36,061 nucleotides of DNA from an uncultured Rickettsiales bacterium (GCA_964439415.1 CAYTOJ010000002.1:1-36061); one strand, 5' to 3'. Numbered from the stretch's first letter, positions 1 to 8,995 are shown. Numbers and translations are program-made. The notes: generated by a model not told the origin, from the sequence alone.

Positions 1-1085
1 CTACGGCATCATTAACTTCGCGGTCATAGAAGAAATTCACATTCTCCAGCGCGTCATTCATGTTACCGCTGTCCTCCCCTACTTTAAACATCCTGACAAC
101 CAGGTTGGGGAACTGGCCTGACATACGCAGGGAATTGGTGAGAGTATTACCTTCTGACACTAATTTGCGGATTGTATCTACCGCCTCAACTATCACCAGG
201 TTGTTAACCACGCTGCGCGCCGTTTCCAGGCTATCTAGTATATCAACGCCGCTTTTGAACATAACACTGAAGAAATGTGTGAAGCGGGAAAGGTCAATCT
301 TTCTTATCGTACTGCCGATAAAAGGTATTTTCAGCATCACCGCATCAAAATTATAGGCGAATGTTTTGGAAAAGCGGTGAGCCATTCTGATGGATATTAC
401 AAGGATTACGGGAAAGCTTATTATCAAGTACCAATAGTCCCCAAAGAATTTTGAGAATGCTATCAGGGCCTTGGTATGCCCCGGCAGGTTGAATCCTTGC
501 GCCAGAAGAAAATCCACCAGCTTCGGCACTACCTGCGTCATAAGTATGGCAATCACCCCGGTTATCACCATAGTCAGGGCTATCGGGTAGCGCAGTGCTT
601 TTTTCACCTTACGGCGCAAATCAGACACCCATTTGATATGCTTGGATATCTGGTAAAACGCCTCTGACAGCCGCCCGGTGCGCTCCCCTGTTTTAATCAG
701 CCCGGTAAATACATTATTGAAGATTGTCGGGTGTTTTTTCAGGGCTTCGGATAACAATTCACCATTTTTCACCGTCTCGTAAATGTCAGTCATAATATTT
801 TTGAGGGTTGGTGACTCGGTTGAATCCCTTACATCCGCCAGCGAATCCAGCAGCGGCACGCCTGCGCGGTCAAGCTGCTCAAGATGCAGGCAGAGTATTA
901 TCATATCTTTTATTTTCACTCTGCTGCCGAATATTCCGCTTCTTGCCCTTGCCATTTTATAGTCAATCAGGGTCAGGTGCATGGGCTTTAAGCGCTCTTC
1001 AAGGTCGAACTCGTTCGCGGCTATAAGTTCGCCCTGAAACTTCTTTCCATCGTCATTGATAGCACTGTAACGGAATATCGGCATA
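1..1085 (-). CDS. Type II secretion / type IV pilus inner-membrane platform protein, GspF/PilC/MshG family (3' end runs off the window)
   Basis: It is absent from the ORF track because it stays open to the window edge. Manual minus-strand translation from ATG 1085-1083 gives MPIFRYSAINDDGKKFQGELIAANEFDLEERLKPMHLTLIDYK...GVPLLDSLADVRDSTESPTLKNIMTDIYETVKNGELLSEALKKHPTIFNNVFTGLIKTGERTGRLSEAF...TM segments...DILDSLETARSVVNNLVIVEAVDTIRKLVSEGNTLTNSLRMSGQFPNLVVRMFKVGEDSGNMNDALENV. This is the duplicated GspF-type cytoplasmic repeat with TM helices. It lies directly downstream of the GspE-family ATPase. Confidence 0.85.
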
Positions 1086-1256
1086 TACTAATCGCACTTC
1101 AAAAGTTGGGATAGTTGTGCATGGAATGCGATTAGTATATTTTATTATATTAAGCGCTCTAGCGCCGCGCAGGCTGCGCCAGCATAGCTGGCTAGTCGTC
1201 GCTTTGCTCCTCCATATACTCCTGTCTTTTCAAGAATTGAAACGACAGGAGTATAT
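1085..1256. repeat. Cluster of hairpins in the ATPase/platform intergenic spacer, with TATAC...GTATA-ended stems related to module C of the tripartite element
   Basis: Inverted repeat atactaatcgca (1085-1096) / tgcgattagtat (1127-1138). Inverted repeat atatactcctgtc (1214-1226) / gacaggagtatat (1244-1256), with a palindromic loop ttcaagaattgaa. Three short GC hairpins lie in between (gcgctctagcgc, gcgcaggctgcgc, ccagcatagctgg). Confidence 0.7.
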
Positions 1257-3056
1257 TTAGAGCTTATCAGTAAAGTCTATAGTTCCTATTAACTCCGGCA
1301 AATCTATATCACCGGCCAGAACTTTATTTATTCCATCCATACCCATGCTGACAAAACCGTTCTTAAGCGCGTAATCCATCATGGTGTTACGGCTGGCATT
1401 GGTGTAGATAAGCTCATCCATCCCCTTATCTATCGGCAGTATCTCCAGAATCGCCACCCGGCCTTTATACCCCCTGAAATTACATTTAGGGCAGGCTCCG
1501 GCATCATATATATAAGGTGGATTCACGGCATTAACCCCTAGCAATTTGCATTCTTCCGGCGTTGACTTTCTCATTTTCCGGCAGTGTGGGCAAAGCTTGC
1601 GCGCCAAGCGCTGCGCGATGGAGCATATTAGAGTACCAACCAGAAGATGCCTCGGCACGCCTATATCCACCAGCCTGGGAATCGCACCTAAAGCATCGTT
1701 GGTGTGCAGGGTTGAATACACCTGGTGACCTGTCAGCGCCGAACGCACCGCCATAATGGCGGTTTCTTCATCACGCACCTCGCCGACGAATATCACATCA
1801 GGATCCTGACGGAGCAAAGCCTTGATACCACTGGCGAAATCCACGCCTGAGCCTTCCCTAACCTGGGTTTGCCTGATCAGCGGCAACTGATACTCCACCG
1901 GATCTTCCAAGGTCATGATATTGATATCCATGGAATTTATATAACTCAGGATAGAATAAAGCGTTGTGGTTTTACCGCTACCGGTAGGGCCTGTAACTAC
2001 AATGATTCCTTCCGGGCGCTTGATAAGTTTCTTCAGCAGCGTATCGTTATGCTCGCTGAATCCCAGTTTATCCAGCGGAACCAGAGCTTTTCGCTTATCC
2101 AGAAGCCTGAGAACCACGTTCTCGCCGTGCACCGTTGGCAGGGTGGATACACGAAAATCTACCTCACGGCCAAGCGCGTTGGATGAAATGCGCCCATCCT
2201 GCGGGTTGCGGCTCTCGGCTATATTCATGCCGGACATAATCTTGATACGAACCAGTATTGCCGCCCAGTAATCGCGGTGGAAGCTTTTTATCTGTGTTAG
2301 CTGGCCATCTAATCGGTAACGGACACGAACGAAATATCCTTCAGGTTCAATATGAACGTCAGAAGCGCCAGATCGTATAGCATCCACCAGCAAGGCGTTT
2401 ACAAAGCGGACGGTTGGGTTGACATACCCTTCCTGAACTTCCAGCTTCTGAGCTTTTTCCTTACCGCCGGATTCTATTTCCTTCAGAATACCGTCCAGCG
2501 ACATTTCATATTCGTAGTACTGGTCGATCATCTCCAGCACATCCGATTCCGCGCAGTAAACCGGCACTATGCGCATATTACGGGGGAAGCAGCGTTTGAT
2601 CTGATCTATCGCCAGCACGTTATAAATATCGGCCATGGCGACCTGCACGGAATCTGCCGTCTGCGTCACCGGTATCAGTTTATGGCGCAGCGCCAGGTCT
2701 TTCGGCACCTGCCGCACCAGTGCAATATCCAGGAAGGCAGATTTAGGGTCAAACTTCTGAGTTCCGGCGCTGTCAGCCAGAACCTGGCCTAAGGTACTTT
2801 CAGTTATAAAGCCGAAATCTACTAAAATAGCGCCAAGCAGTTTCTTGGAGTGGCTTTGTTCCTGCAGGGCTACTTGAAGCTGATCTTTAGAAATAACACC
2901 AAGGCCGATCAGTTTATCGCCCAGCTTCATCGGCGGTTTCGGCGCTTCCGCACCTATGGGGGCATCAGCTTGAGGATTTACGGATGCACCTTCTCCCCCT
3001 GCTCCAGCCGCATTTGCAGGATTTTGTTCCGGTTCAAGGTTAGGTTCGCCCACCAC
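1257..3056 (-). CDS. Type II secretion / type IV pilus assembly ATPase, GspE/PilB/MshE family, with an MshEN-type N-terminal domain
   Basis: 599 aa. Walker A is GPTGSGKTT. The Asp/Walker B region is LRQDPDVIFVGEVRD. The His box is TGHQVYSTLHTND. The tetracysteine motif is CPHC...CPKC. The N-terminus carries KLGDKLIGLGVISKDQLQVALQEQ + SHSKK + LLGAILVDFGFITESTLGQVLADS. The start is uncertain: either GTG 3056, followed by a 42-aa Ala/Gly/Pro-rich stretch, or ATG 2930 (M43), directly before the MshEN motif. Confidence 0.9.
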   Translation of the reverse strand: MVGEPNLEPEQNPANAAGAGGEGASVNPQADAPIGAEAPKPPMKLGDKLIGLGVISKDQLQVALQEQSHSKKLLGAILVDFGFITESTLGQVLADSAGTQKFDPKSAFLDIALVRQVPKDLALRHKLIPVTQTADSVQVAMADIYNVLAIDQIKRCFPRNMRIVPVYCAESDVLEMIDQYYEYEMSLDGILKEIESGGKEKAQKLEVQEGYVNPTVRFVNALLVDAIRSGASDVHIEPEGYFVRVRYRLDGQLTQIKSFHRDYWAAILVRIKIMSGMNIAESRNPQDGRISSNALGREVDFRVSTLPTVHGENVVLRLLDKRKALVPLDKLGFSEHNDTLLKKLIKRPEGIIVVTGPTGSGKTTTLYSILSYINSMDINIMTLEDPVEYQLPLIRQTQVREGSGVDFASGIKALLRQDPDVIFVGEVRDEETAIMAVRSALTGHQVYSTLHTNDALGAIPRLVDIGVPRHLLVGTLICSIAQRLARKLCPHCRKMRKSTPEECKLLGVNAVNPPYIYDAGACPKCNFRGYKGRVAILEILPIDKGMDELIYTNASRNTMMDYALKNGFVSMGMDGINKVLAGDIDLPELIGTIDFTDKL

Positions 3057-3393
3057 TAAAAGAACTTACTTGTTTGCTACACAAAACACCTTCGTGAGCA
3101 AATGGCGCGGCGCAGAATATGACAATTTAACAGATGGCAGGTAACAACACCTGCCATATAGACCGCAACATAAACCTGTTGCAGCATAAAACTTAATAAT
3201 CATTTTGCCCCGCCTTCATTTTTTTATCTCAGAAAGCTTAAAGCGGATAATAGTGCTATTTACTTAACAATTAGTTCCCACGATACTTTGGAAGTATTAC
3301 CGAGCGAGAAGAATATGGTAAAAGATAACGCATAATCAGCCAAACTAAATACTTATTATCCAGTGATACATTTTTACCACAATTCAATCTCTT

Positions 3394-4620
3394 CTATTTC
3401 TTAACTCCACTAACCATGCGCAGGCTACCGAATATTCCATCTGCTTCATCGCGTGGGCCGGCGGCGAAGTAAAGCGCATCCTTATCACCTAAACTTACAC
3501 CGTTGCCAAACAGTATACCCCAAATTTTATCTATCATGATTGGTTTGCCGTTTTTACCACGCAGGAAGTCTTTGAATTTACCGGTGTTCTGGTCAAAAGC
3601 CGCAATGGTTCCACTGCCAAAGTTGCTGACTAACAACGTACCCTTTAACTCATCCCATGTATCCGGCGCATAAGCAAATCCCCAGGGCGCGCTAAGTTTT
3701 CCGGCATCAGCCCATACCCGCACCAGTTTTCCTTCTTCGGTGAATTCAGCTATTCGGCCATAGCCGGGTTTGGAAGTATCTTCCTCTCCCACAAATAACT
3801 CACCCTTTTTGCAGGTTCCGCTTTTTATTTCCTCATCCGGGCAGCTTTGGGTTTTAGCATAGGCGACAAACAGGTGATTGCCTCCGGCTTGATTTGTTAA
3901 AGCCTGAATGTTGAACGGCGCGTATTCACCTGCGTCAACCTGGCCGTTTTTATTATCGTCAAATGGCTGGTCAAATTTTAAACTCAGTGGCTTAAAATCG
4001 CCGCCGTATACCTTTATTGCTGGTTTTGCACCGAAATCAGCCGCATATAAAGTGTCATAATCATGGCTGAGTGCTATACCAAAAAACTGCGCACCCTGAG
4101 ATGATTCATCAATCACCGGCAGCGCCTCCAGCGGGCGATCGAATGTTCCATCAGCTTTTCTGCGCTCAGTCCAGGCGGATATAATACCGCCGTCACTGGC
4201 AAATATAAACTTGGCGGGAGCCGTTACAGGTTCCGCAGAATCTATATTCTGGGTAATGCTGAATTCTGTTTTGCTACCGGAGAACGCAACTCCTGTAGCG
4301 AAGTTATCAGCGCCGCCTACTGGCAATTGCACATATTTAAGCTCATCCATATGCAGCTTGCGGAGTTTCTCATCAGTTGCAGCTTTTACATCCCCCACAT
4401 ACTCATAACTGATATTCTTTGCAGTTACCCAGAAATGGCCGCCCGCGCCAGCCGGGCGGATTGCAATGCCCCAGGCATTCAAAAACTCTGATTCCAGTGC
4501 TATTTCCGGTTTGTAATTTTTATCATTAGCCACCAGGTTAGTCTGTATAAATCTTTCTTTAGCCAGAGCGGTTATAGGCATAACCAGCAAACATACGGAA
4601 GCTATCGCAATCTTACGCAT
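3394..4620 (-). CDS. Secreted beta-propeller-like protein, resembles the TIGR03118 family (function unknown)
   Basis: 408 aa with a signal peptide (MRKIAIASVCLLVMPITALA). The N-terminal pattern FIQTNLVANDKNYKPEIALESEFLNAWGIAIRPAGAGGHFWVTAKN matches my recollection of the TIGR03118 signature (NLVSD...DP.LVNPWG...FWV.DNGTG). Confidence 0.5.
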   Translation of the reverse strand: MRKIAIASVCLLVMPITALAKERFIQTNLVANDKNYKPEIALESEFLNAWGIAIRPAGAGGHFWVTAKNISYEYVGDVKAATDEKLRKLHMDELKYVQLPVGGADNFATGVAFSGSKTEFSITQNIDSAEPVTAPAKFIFASDGGIISAWTERRKADGTFDRPLEALPVIDESSQGAQFFGIALSHDYDTLYAADFGAKPAIKVYGGDFKPLSLKFDQPFDDNKNGQVDAGEYAPFNIQALTNQAGGNHLFVAYAKTQSCPDEEIKSGTCKKGELFVGEEDTSKPGYGRIAEFTEEGKLVRVWADAGKLSAPWGFAYAPDTWDELKGTLLVSNFGSGTIAAFDQNTGKFKDFLRGKNGKPIMIDKIWGILFGNGVSLGDKDALYFAAGPRDEADGIFGSLRMVSGVKK

Positions 4621-4655
4621 TGATAATCCTTACTTTATCGCGGTTTAATTATATG

Positions 4656-5069
4656 TTATTCATCTAACTGGCAGTTCAGCATCCAGTGAAAACCATACTT
4701 ATCGACCAGCATACCGAAGTATGCATTCCAGAATGTGTTAGCGAGAGGCATTGTAACTTTGCCACCATCAACCAATGCATTAAATATTTTTTGTGTTTCC
4801 TGAACGCTGGATAAATTTATGCTGATTGAAATATTGTCCCCAGGCCTCGGGGAACTCATTGGGTTATCCGATGCCATTAATACCATGTCAGTGCTTGTAA
4901 GAGTGGCATGCATGATCATATCCCCGGCATTTGCGCCAGATGGTTGAGCCTCAGCGGGAGCCTCGCCAAATGTATGCATTTCAAGATTACCGCCGAAGCA
5001 ATTTTTGTAAAAATTCATCGCCTCACGGCAATTTCCTGAGAATATCAGATATGGCGTGAGAGCTTTCAT
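4656..5069 (-). CDS. VOC / glyoxalase-fold protein, PhnB/YjdN-like
   Basis: 137 aa. It reads MKALTPYLIFSGNCREAMNFYKNCFGG...HATL...FWNAYFGMLVDKYGFHWMLN, the typical PhnB-like (3-demethylubiquinone methyltransferase-like domain) pattern. Confidence 0.7.
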   Translation of the reverse strand: MKALTPYLIFSGNCREAMNFYKNCFGGNLEMHTFGEAPAEAQPSGANAGDMIMHATLTSTDMVLMASDNPMSSPRPGDNISISINLSSVQETQKIFNALVDGGKVTMPLANTFWNAYFGMLVDKYGFHWMLNCQLDE

Positions 5070-5081
5070 AATTACCCCATC

Positions 5082-5729
5082 TTACTTGGAATTAACTTTT
5101 GTATCTTTGAGTGGCGGACCGGAAAATTCAGCCTCAATCTGCACGTTTATAGAGTCACCAACCCCCATGTTAGTCCCTGGCTTCGGCAGTCCATATAAAA
5201 TGTTAAAATCAGAACGTTTAAAAGTTGTGGTAGCCGAGAAACCTATACGGGCGTTTGGATCCATTGGCGGGTGACCAGCATAGCCACCGTTGTAGGTAGC
5301 ATTAAGGATAATGGATTTTTTAATACCCAGCAGCTCCAACTCACCGAAAATTTTTGCGGTATTTTTCCCGCTTTTTTCAATTTTAGTTGAGGAAAAAGTT
5401 ATCTGCTTGAATTTCTCAGCGTTAAGCCACTTCTCACCGAGTAGATCATCCTTAAAACCCGTGGGGGGACTTGGCAAATCCAGTGAATACGGATTAATCG
5501 CAGCTTTTATTGATGATTTTTCGGGATTCTCAAAGTCAAGTTTCAGCTCGGCATCGAAATCATCGAAACTTGCGGTATAGTTAGAAAAACCTATATGACT
5601 GACATTAAAAACCAGGCTGGCGTGACTTTTATCAAGCTGATACATGCCAGAAGGAATCTCAGCCCCGCGGGATAATCCTGGCAAAGTTAAAATAACAAGC
5701 AGGAGAGTTATTACTTTAAACAATTTCAT
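5082..5729 (-). CDS. YceI-family periplasmic polyisoprenoid-binding protein
   Basis: 215 aa with a signal peptide. It contains YQLDKSHASLVFNVSHIGFSNYTASFDDFDAELKLDFENPEKSSIKAAINPYSLD, the typical YceI lipocalin-like domain start. Confidence 0.75.
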   Translation of the reverse strand: MKLFKVITLLLVILTLPGLSRGAEIPSGMYQLDKSHASLVFNVSHIGFSNYTASFDDFDAELKLDFENPEKSSIKAAINPYSLDLPSPPTGFKDDLLGEKWLNAEKFKQITFSSTKIEKSGKNTAKIFGELELLGIKKSIILNATYNGGYAGHPPMDPNARIGFSATTTFKRSDFNILYGLPKPGTNMGVGDSINVQIEAEFSGPPLKDTKVNSK

Positions 5730-5750
5730 ATATATACCCTTACCGCATTA

Positions 5751-6995
5751 TCAGAACTGCACCGCAAAGCGTGTTCCTACAACAAATGCGTTATCCAGAG
5801 CCGGATCAGTTCCGGGATTTACAATATACTGCACGTCTGGCTGAATATTCAGCCATGGCAGCAGATTATCGCTGTAGGTAAGCTCAATCGCGGTTTCCGC
5901 ATCATCGAAATTTGCGCCTAGTGCCCTTTGTGATTCCATAAAATCACCTGAGTTATGCACGCCTGACATCGCCAGCCCCAGTGCGCCCCCTTCGCGGCCT
6001 GGGACGAGGCCAACATAAACCATGCCAGCACTCCAGGCATAATCGAACAGATTTACTGATTCATCAGCAAAACCTAAACGCCCGAATACGGTAAGCCCTT
6101 CATCCTTTGACTGAGCCTCCAAATATACCTTTTTCTCAGCTAAAATATATGCGCCCTGGCTATGCTTATTGACGGTGTTGCCATTAGCATCTACGTCCCG
6201 GTGAGTAGCAAAACGCTCAGTATAACGCCAGCCACCAACTGCCACCTTTAAGCCCTCAGGATTATACCCGGCCTCTGCTACCAGCAGTGCGCCATCGTTA
6301 TCGTTCAATTCTATCTGCGTACCACTTGGATTATTTGGGTCACCCGGCACGCCGTCCAGCACTGCCGCCTGGATATAACTATCATTTGTTGGCCTCACTC
6401 GCAGACGCGCCGCCAGTGATGTAAACGGGAAGATGGACGGCCCGTTGATTCCTGACTGCGCAATATCAGTGCCGATTCCATAAGTGGAGTGTATAAACAG
6501 CAGGCTTGAATCGGTTATATAAAACTCTGAATTCAAATCATAGAGACCACCGAGTATGGATATGCGGTCATCATAAAAATTCTGCTGAAGCCACGCCTGA
6601 TAAAGCTTTCCGGTAGCTTGTGGCGTTTCAATATTATTAATTCCCTGAGCACTGCCAACCAGGTCACCATCCGGCCTGCCGCCGTTATTGTTAAGAAACT
6701 GAACAAAAGCGGTTGTGCCTTTTGCGCCTATTAATTTCTCACCATCCAGATTCACCACAACATCAAGGTTATCCAGAACCCTCGTACCCTCTTTAATGCC
6801 GCCGCTGACATTGCCAAAAACATCCAGTTTATAGACCGCTTCAACATCCACGCCTTTATCGGCTAATTTCTGGCGGGATCCGCCCCAGCCTCCGGTTAGT
6901 TTTGAATCAAACTCGCCCTGCTCAGCAGCACTTGCAGAAATGGGATTCACAGCCAGCAGCCCTAAAACAGCGGATATTTTCAGTATATTATTCAT
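5751..6995 (-). CDS. Carbohydrate-selective porin, OprB family
   Basis: The ORF runs 5751..7028. The likely start is M12 (ATG 6995), giving the signal peptide MNNILKISAVLGLLAVNPISASA. It contains LTGGWGGSRQKLADKGVDVEAVYKLDVFGNVSGGIKEG...LDGEKLIGAKGTTAFV, and the C-terminus ends in F. Confidence 0.75.
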   Translation of the reverse strand: MNNILKISAVLGLLAVNPISASAAEQGEFDSKLTGGWGGSRQKLADKGVDVEAVYKLDVFGNVSGGIKEGTRVLDNLDVVVNLDGEKLIGAKGTTAFVQFLNNNGGRPDGDLVGSAQGINNIETPQATGKLYQAWLQQNFYDDRISILGGLYDLNSEFYITDSSLLFIHSTYGIGTDIAQSGINGPSIFPFTSLAARLRVRPTNDSYIQAAVLDGVPGDPNNPSGTQIELNDNDGALLVAEAGYNPEGLKVAVGGWRYTERFATHRDVDANGNTVNKHSQGAYILAEKKVYLEAQSKDEGLTVFGRLGFADESVNLFDYAWSAGMVYVGLVPGREGGALGLAMSGVHNSGDFMESQRALGANFDDAETAIELTYSDNLLPWLNIQPDVQYIVNPGTDPALDNAFVVGTRFAVQF

Positions 6996-7068
6996 GTGGC
7001 ACTCATTTATTTGTTGCACCACCAGCACTATTGCGAATCATTCTTAACAGCAAGGATTTTTTTATAGT

Positions 7069-7211
7069 TATACTGCTCGCGTTTTTGATGTGTGGATTTT
7101 TTGCAGGCAAGTAGCGAGCAGTATATACGCGGATTCGGCTGGATTGGCGGCCATGCGCAAAACATAAAAGATATACCTAATCGCACTCTTGAAGTGCGAT
7201 TAGGTATATAC
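7069..7211 (+). repeat. Tripartite palindromic element, copy 1 (orientation A-B-C)
   Basis: Module A is the hairpin tatactgctcgcg...gcgagcagtata (7069-7125). Module B is cgcggattcggctggattggcggccatgcgcaaaac (7128-7163). Module C is the hairpin atatacctaatcgcactcttgaagtgcgattaggtatat (7171-7209). Its translation produces the spurious ORF 7028..7216(-), which shares FMFCAWPPIQP with ORF 19197..19409(+). Confidence 0.9.
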
Positions 7212-7229
7212 TGCAATGAATAGAATTAG

Positions 7230-8276
7230 CTAATACTCAGCAGGGTGGAAGCCGTAGTGATTTAGCCATCTTTGGTCGCTATCGAAAAAGCTGCGCAAAT
7301 CCGGCATACCATATTTCAGCATCGCCAGGCGCTCAACACCCATGCCAAATGCAAAGCCCTGCCATTCATCCGGGTCTATGCCGCAATTAGTTAATACATT
7401 CGGATGAATCATGCCGCAGCCGAGAATCTCCAGCCAGTCCTTATCCATGCCGATTTTAACCACGCCGCCATCTCTTGAGCATCCTATATCCATCTCCGCC
7501 GATGGTTCGGTAAACGGAAAATAACTGGGGCGGAAACGCACCGGAACATCTGCAATACCGAAAAAATCCTGAGCGAATCGCGCAAGGCAACCCTTAAGAT
7601 GCGCCATGTTTATTCCCTTATCCACTATAAACCCCTCAACCTGGTGGAACATAGGGGTGTGAGTCATGTCTGAATCAGAGCGGTAGGTTTTACCCGGCGA
7701 GATTACCCTGAATGGAGGTTTACCTGACTTCATCACCCGCACCTGCATGTTAGATGTATGAGTACGCAGTAAAACGCGCCTGCCATCCGGCGCATCCGGC
7801 AGGTAGAACGTATCGTGCATTTCTCTCGCAGGGTGGCCTAAGGGGAAGTTCAGAGCTGTGAAGTTATGCTCGTCATCATCAATTTCCGGCCCATCTGAAA
7901 CTTGAAACCCCATACTGGAGAATATGGAAACAACATCAGCAATCACTTTGCTTACTGGGTGTATCCTGCCCTGAAGCTCAGGGCGTGTAGGCAGGGTTAC
8001 ATCAACCTTTTCCGCTTTTACTACCGCCTCAATTTCACACTTTATTAACAGCGTTTTGCGCTGTTCTATCTGCTGAAGCAGATTTTCCTTGAATGCGTTG
8101 AGGGAGGCTCCCCTGGTTTTACGCTCGTCCGGAGGCAACCCCGCCAGTTCTTTCAGTGCTTCAGTGAGGCGGCCTTTTTTGCCCAGCCACGCAATACGGA
8201 TATCCTCCAGTTGCTGCGTAGACTGGCAGACTTCAACCGCTTCAGTTACCTCTAATTGGAAATCAGCAACTTCCAT
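7230..8276 (-). CDS. pheS: Phenylalanine--tRNA ligase alpha subunit
   Basis: 348 aa with class II aaRS motifs (FRPSYFPFTEPSAEMD; GFAFGMGVERLAMLKYG). It follows rplT in the conserved rpmI-rplT-pheS order. Confidence 0.95.
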   Translation of the reverse strand: MEVADFQLEVTEAVEVCQSTQQLEDIRIAWLGKKGRLTEALKELAGLPPDERKTRGASLNAFKENLLQQIEQRKTLLIKCEIEAVVKAEKVDVTLPTRPELQGRIHPVSKVIADVVSIFSSMGFQVSDGPEIDDDEHNFTALNFPLGHPAREMHDTFYLPDAPDGRRVLLRTHTSNMQVRVMKSGKPPFRVISPGKTYRSDSDMTHTPMFHQVEGFIVDKGINMAHLKGCLARFAQDFFGIADVPVRFRPSYFPFTEPSAEMDIGCSRDGGVVKIGMDKDWLEILGCGMIHPNVLTNCGIDPDEWQGFAFGMGVERLAMLKYGMPDLRSFFDSDQRWLNHYGFHPAEY

Positions 8277-8297
8277 ATATGAAATGGTGCTAACTTT

Positions 8298-8666
8298 TTA
8301 AGCAGCTTTCTTAGCCAGTGCCGCTTTAGCCTGATCCACTATTGCTTTAAAGCTCTCCGGCTCGCTCACCGCCAGATCGGACAGAATCTTGCGGTTAAGT
8401 TCAATACCGGCGAGTTTCAGCCCATGAATAAACTGGCTGTATACCAGGCCATGCTCCCGCACACCTGCGTTAATGCGGATGTTCCACAACCCCCTGAAGT
8501 CACGCTTACGATTGCGGCGGTCGCGGTATTGATATTGCAGACCTTTTTCCACCCGCTCAATCGCGGTGCGGTAGCAGCTATTAGCGCGCCCCCAATAACC
8601 TTTGGCGGCTTTTAAAACTTTTTTGTGACGGGCATGGGAAGTTACGCCCCTTTTTACTCTGGCCAT
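8298..8666 (-). CDS. rplT: 50S ribosomal protein L20 (bL20)
   Basis: 122 aa, [27 protein letters not shown]... Confidence 0.95.
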   Translation of the reverse strand: MARVKRGVTSHARHKKVLKAAKGYWGRANSCYRTAIERVEKGLQYQYRDRRNRKRDFRGLWNIRINAGVREHGLVYSQFIHGLKLAGIELNRKILSDLAVSEPESFKAIVDQAKAALAKKAA

Positions 8667-8678
8667 TATATTCTCTCC

Positions 8679-8882
8679 TTATTTAGAGCCGTAGGGCATT
8701 GCGGTTTTTATGCGGTGCTGATCAGACTCATCCATGATCGTGGTTCCGCGCAAATTTCTTATCCGCTTCTGGGATTTTTGCGTCAGGTTATGGCGCTTAC
8801 CGGACTGCGGGGTTTTCACCTTCCCAGTAGCCGTGAAGCTGAAACGCTTTTTGGCCGAGCTTTTGGTTTTCAGTTTTGGCAT
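8679..8882 (-). CDS. rpmI: 50S ribosomal protein L35 (bL35)
   Basis: 67 aa, MPKLKTKSSAKKRF... The RBS reads ataggagaataaaATG on the minus strand. Confidence 0.9.
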   Translation of the reverse strand: MPKLKTKSSAKKRFSFTATGKVKTPQSGKRHNLTQKSQKRIRNLRGTTIMDESDQHRIKTAMPYGSK

Positions 8883-8995
8883 TTTATTCTCCTATAAAAA
8901 ATAATAAAGCGCGCAAGACGGGTATGCCTAACCCTCCCGCAGCGAAGCGGGGTTAATTACTATCGTTCTGCCGGAAATTCAATATAATTATGAGA

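Noticed and set aside
1546-3059. Plus-strand ORFs (1546.., 1562.., 1869.., 1966.., 2352.., 2850..) antisense to the GspE-family ATPase. Similar antisense ORFs lie inside rne, mnmA, dac, trpS, slt and the 1162-aa gene.
   Set aside because: They are shadow ORFs lying entirely within strongly supported genes on the opposite strand or in another frame. Their compositions are low-complexity or Arg/Ser/Cys-rich, and they carry no recognisable motifs.
3134-3157. The hairpin atggcagg-taacaaca-cctgccat in the 337-nt spacer upstream of the ATPase gene, as a terminator or regulatory site.
   Set aside because: It is an 8-bp stem without a T-run on either strand. It lies about 240 nt from the nearest stop codon and does not recur in the window. 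That is insufficient to assign a function.
3394-7028. The block TIGR03118-like / PhnB-like / YceI / OprB as a horizontally acquired island.
   Set aside because: No integrase, tRNA junction or direct repeats delimit it, and I cannot compute compositional skew by eye. Only one flank carries a repeat copy (7069-7211). The gene functions are ordinary envelope or stress accessories.
7028-7216. The 62-aa ORF here, together with ORFs 19197..19409(+), 31906..32106(+) and 32172..32375(-), as small protein genes.
   Set aside because: All are translations of copies of the tripartite repeat. They share peptides such as FMFCAWPPIQP and AWGW.GGHAQ only because the DNA is repeated. They have no RBS and no independent coding signal.
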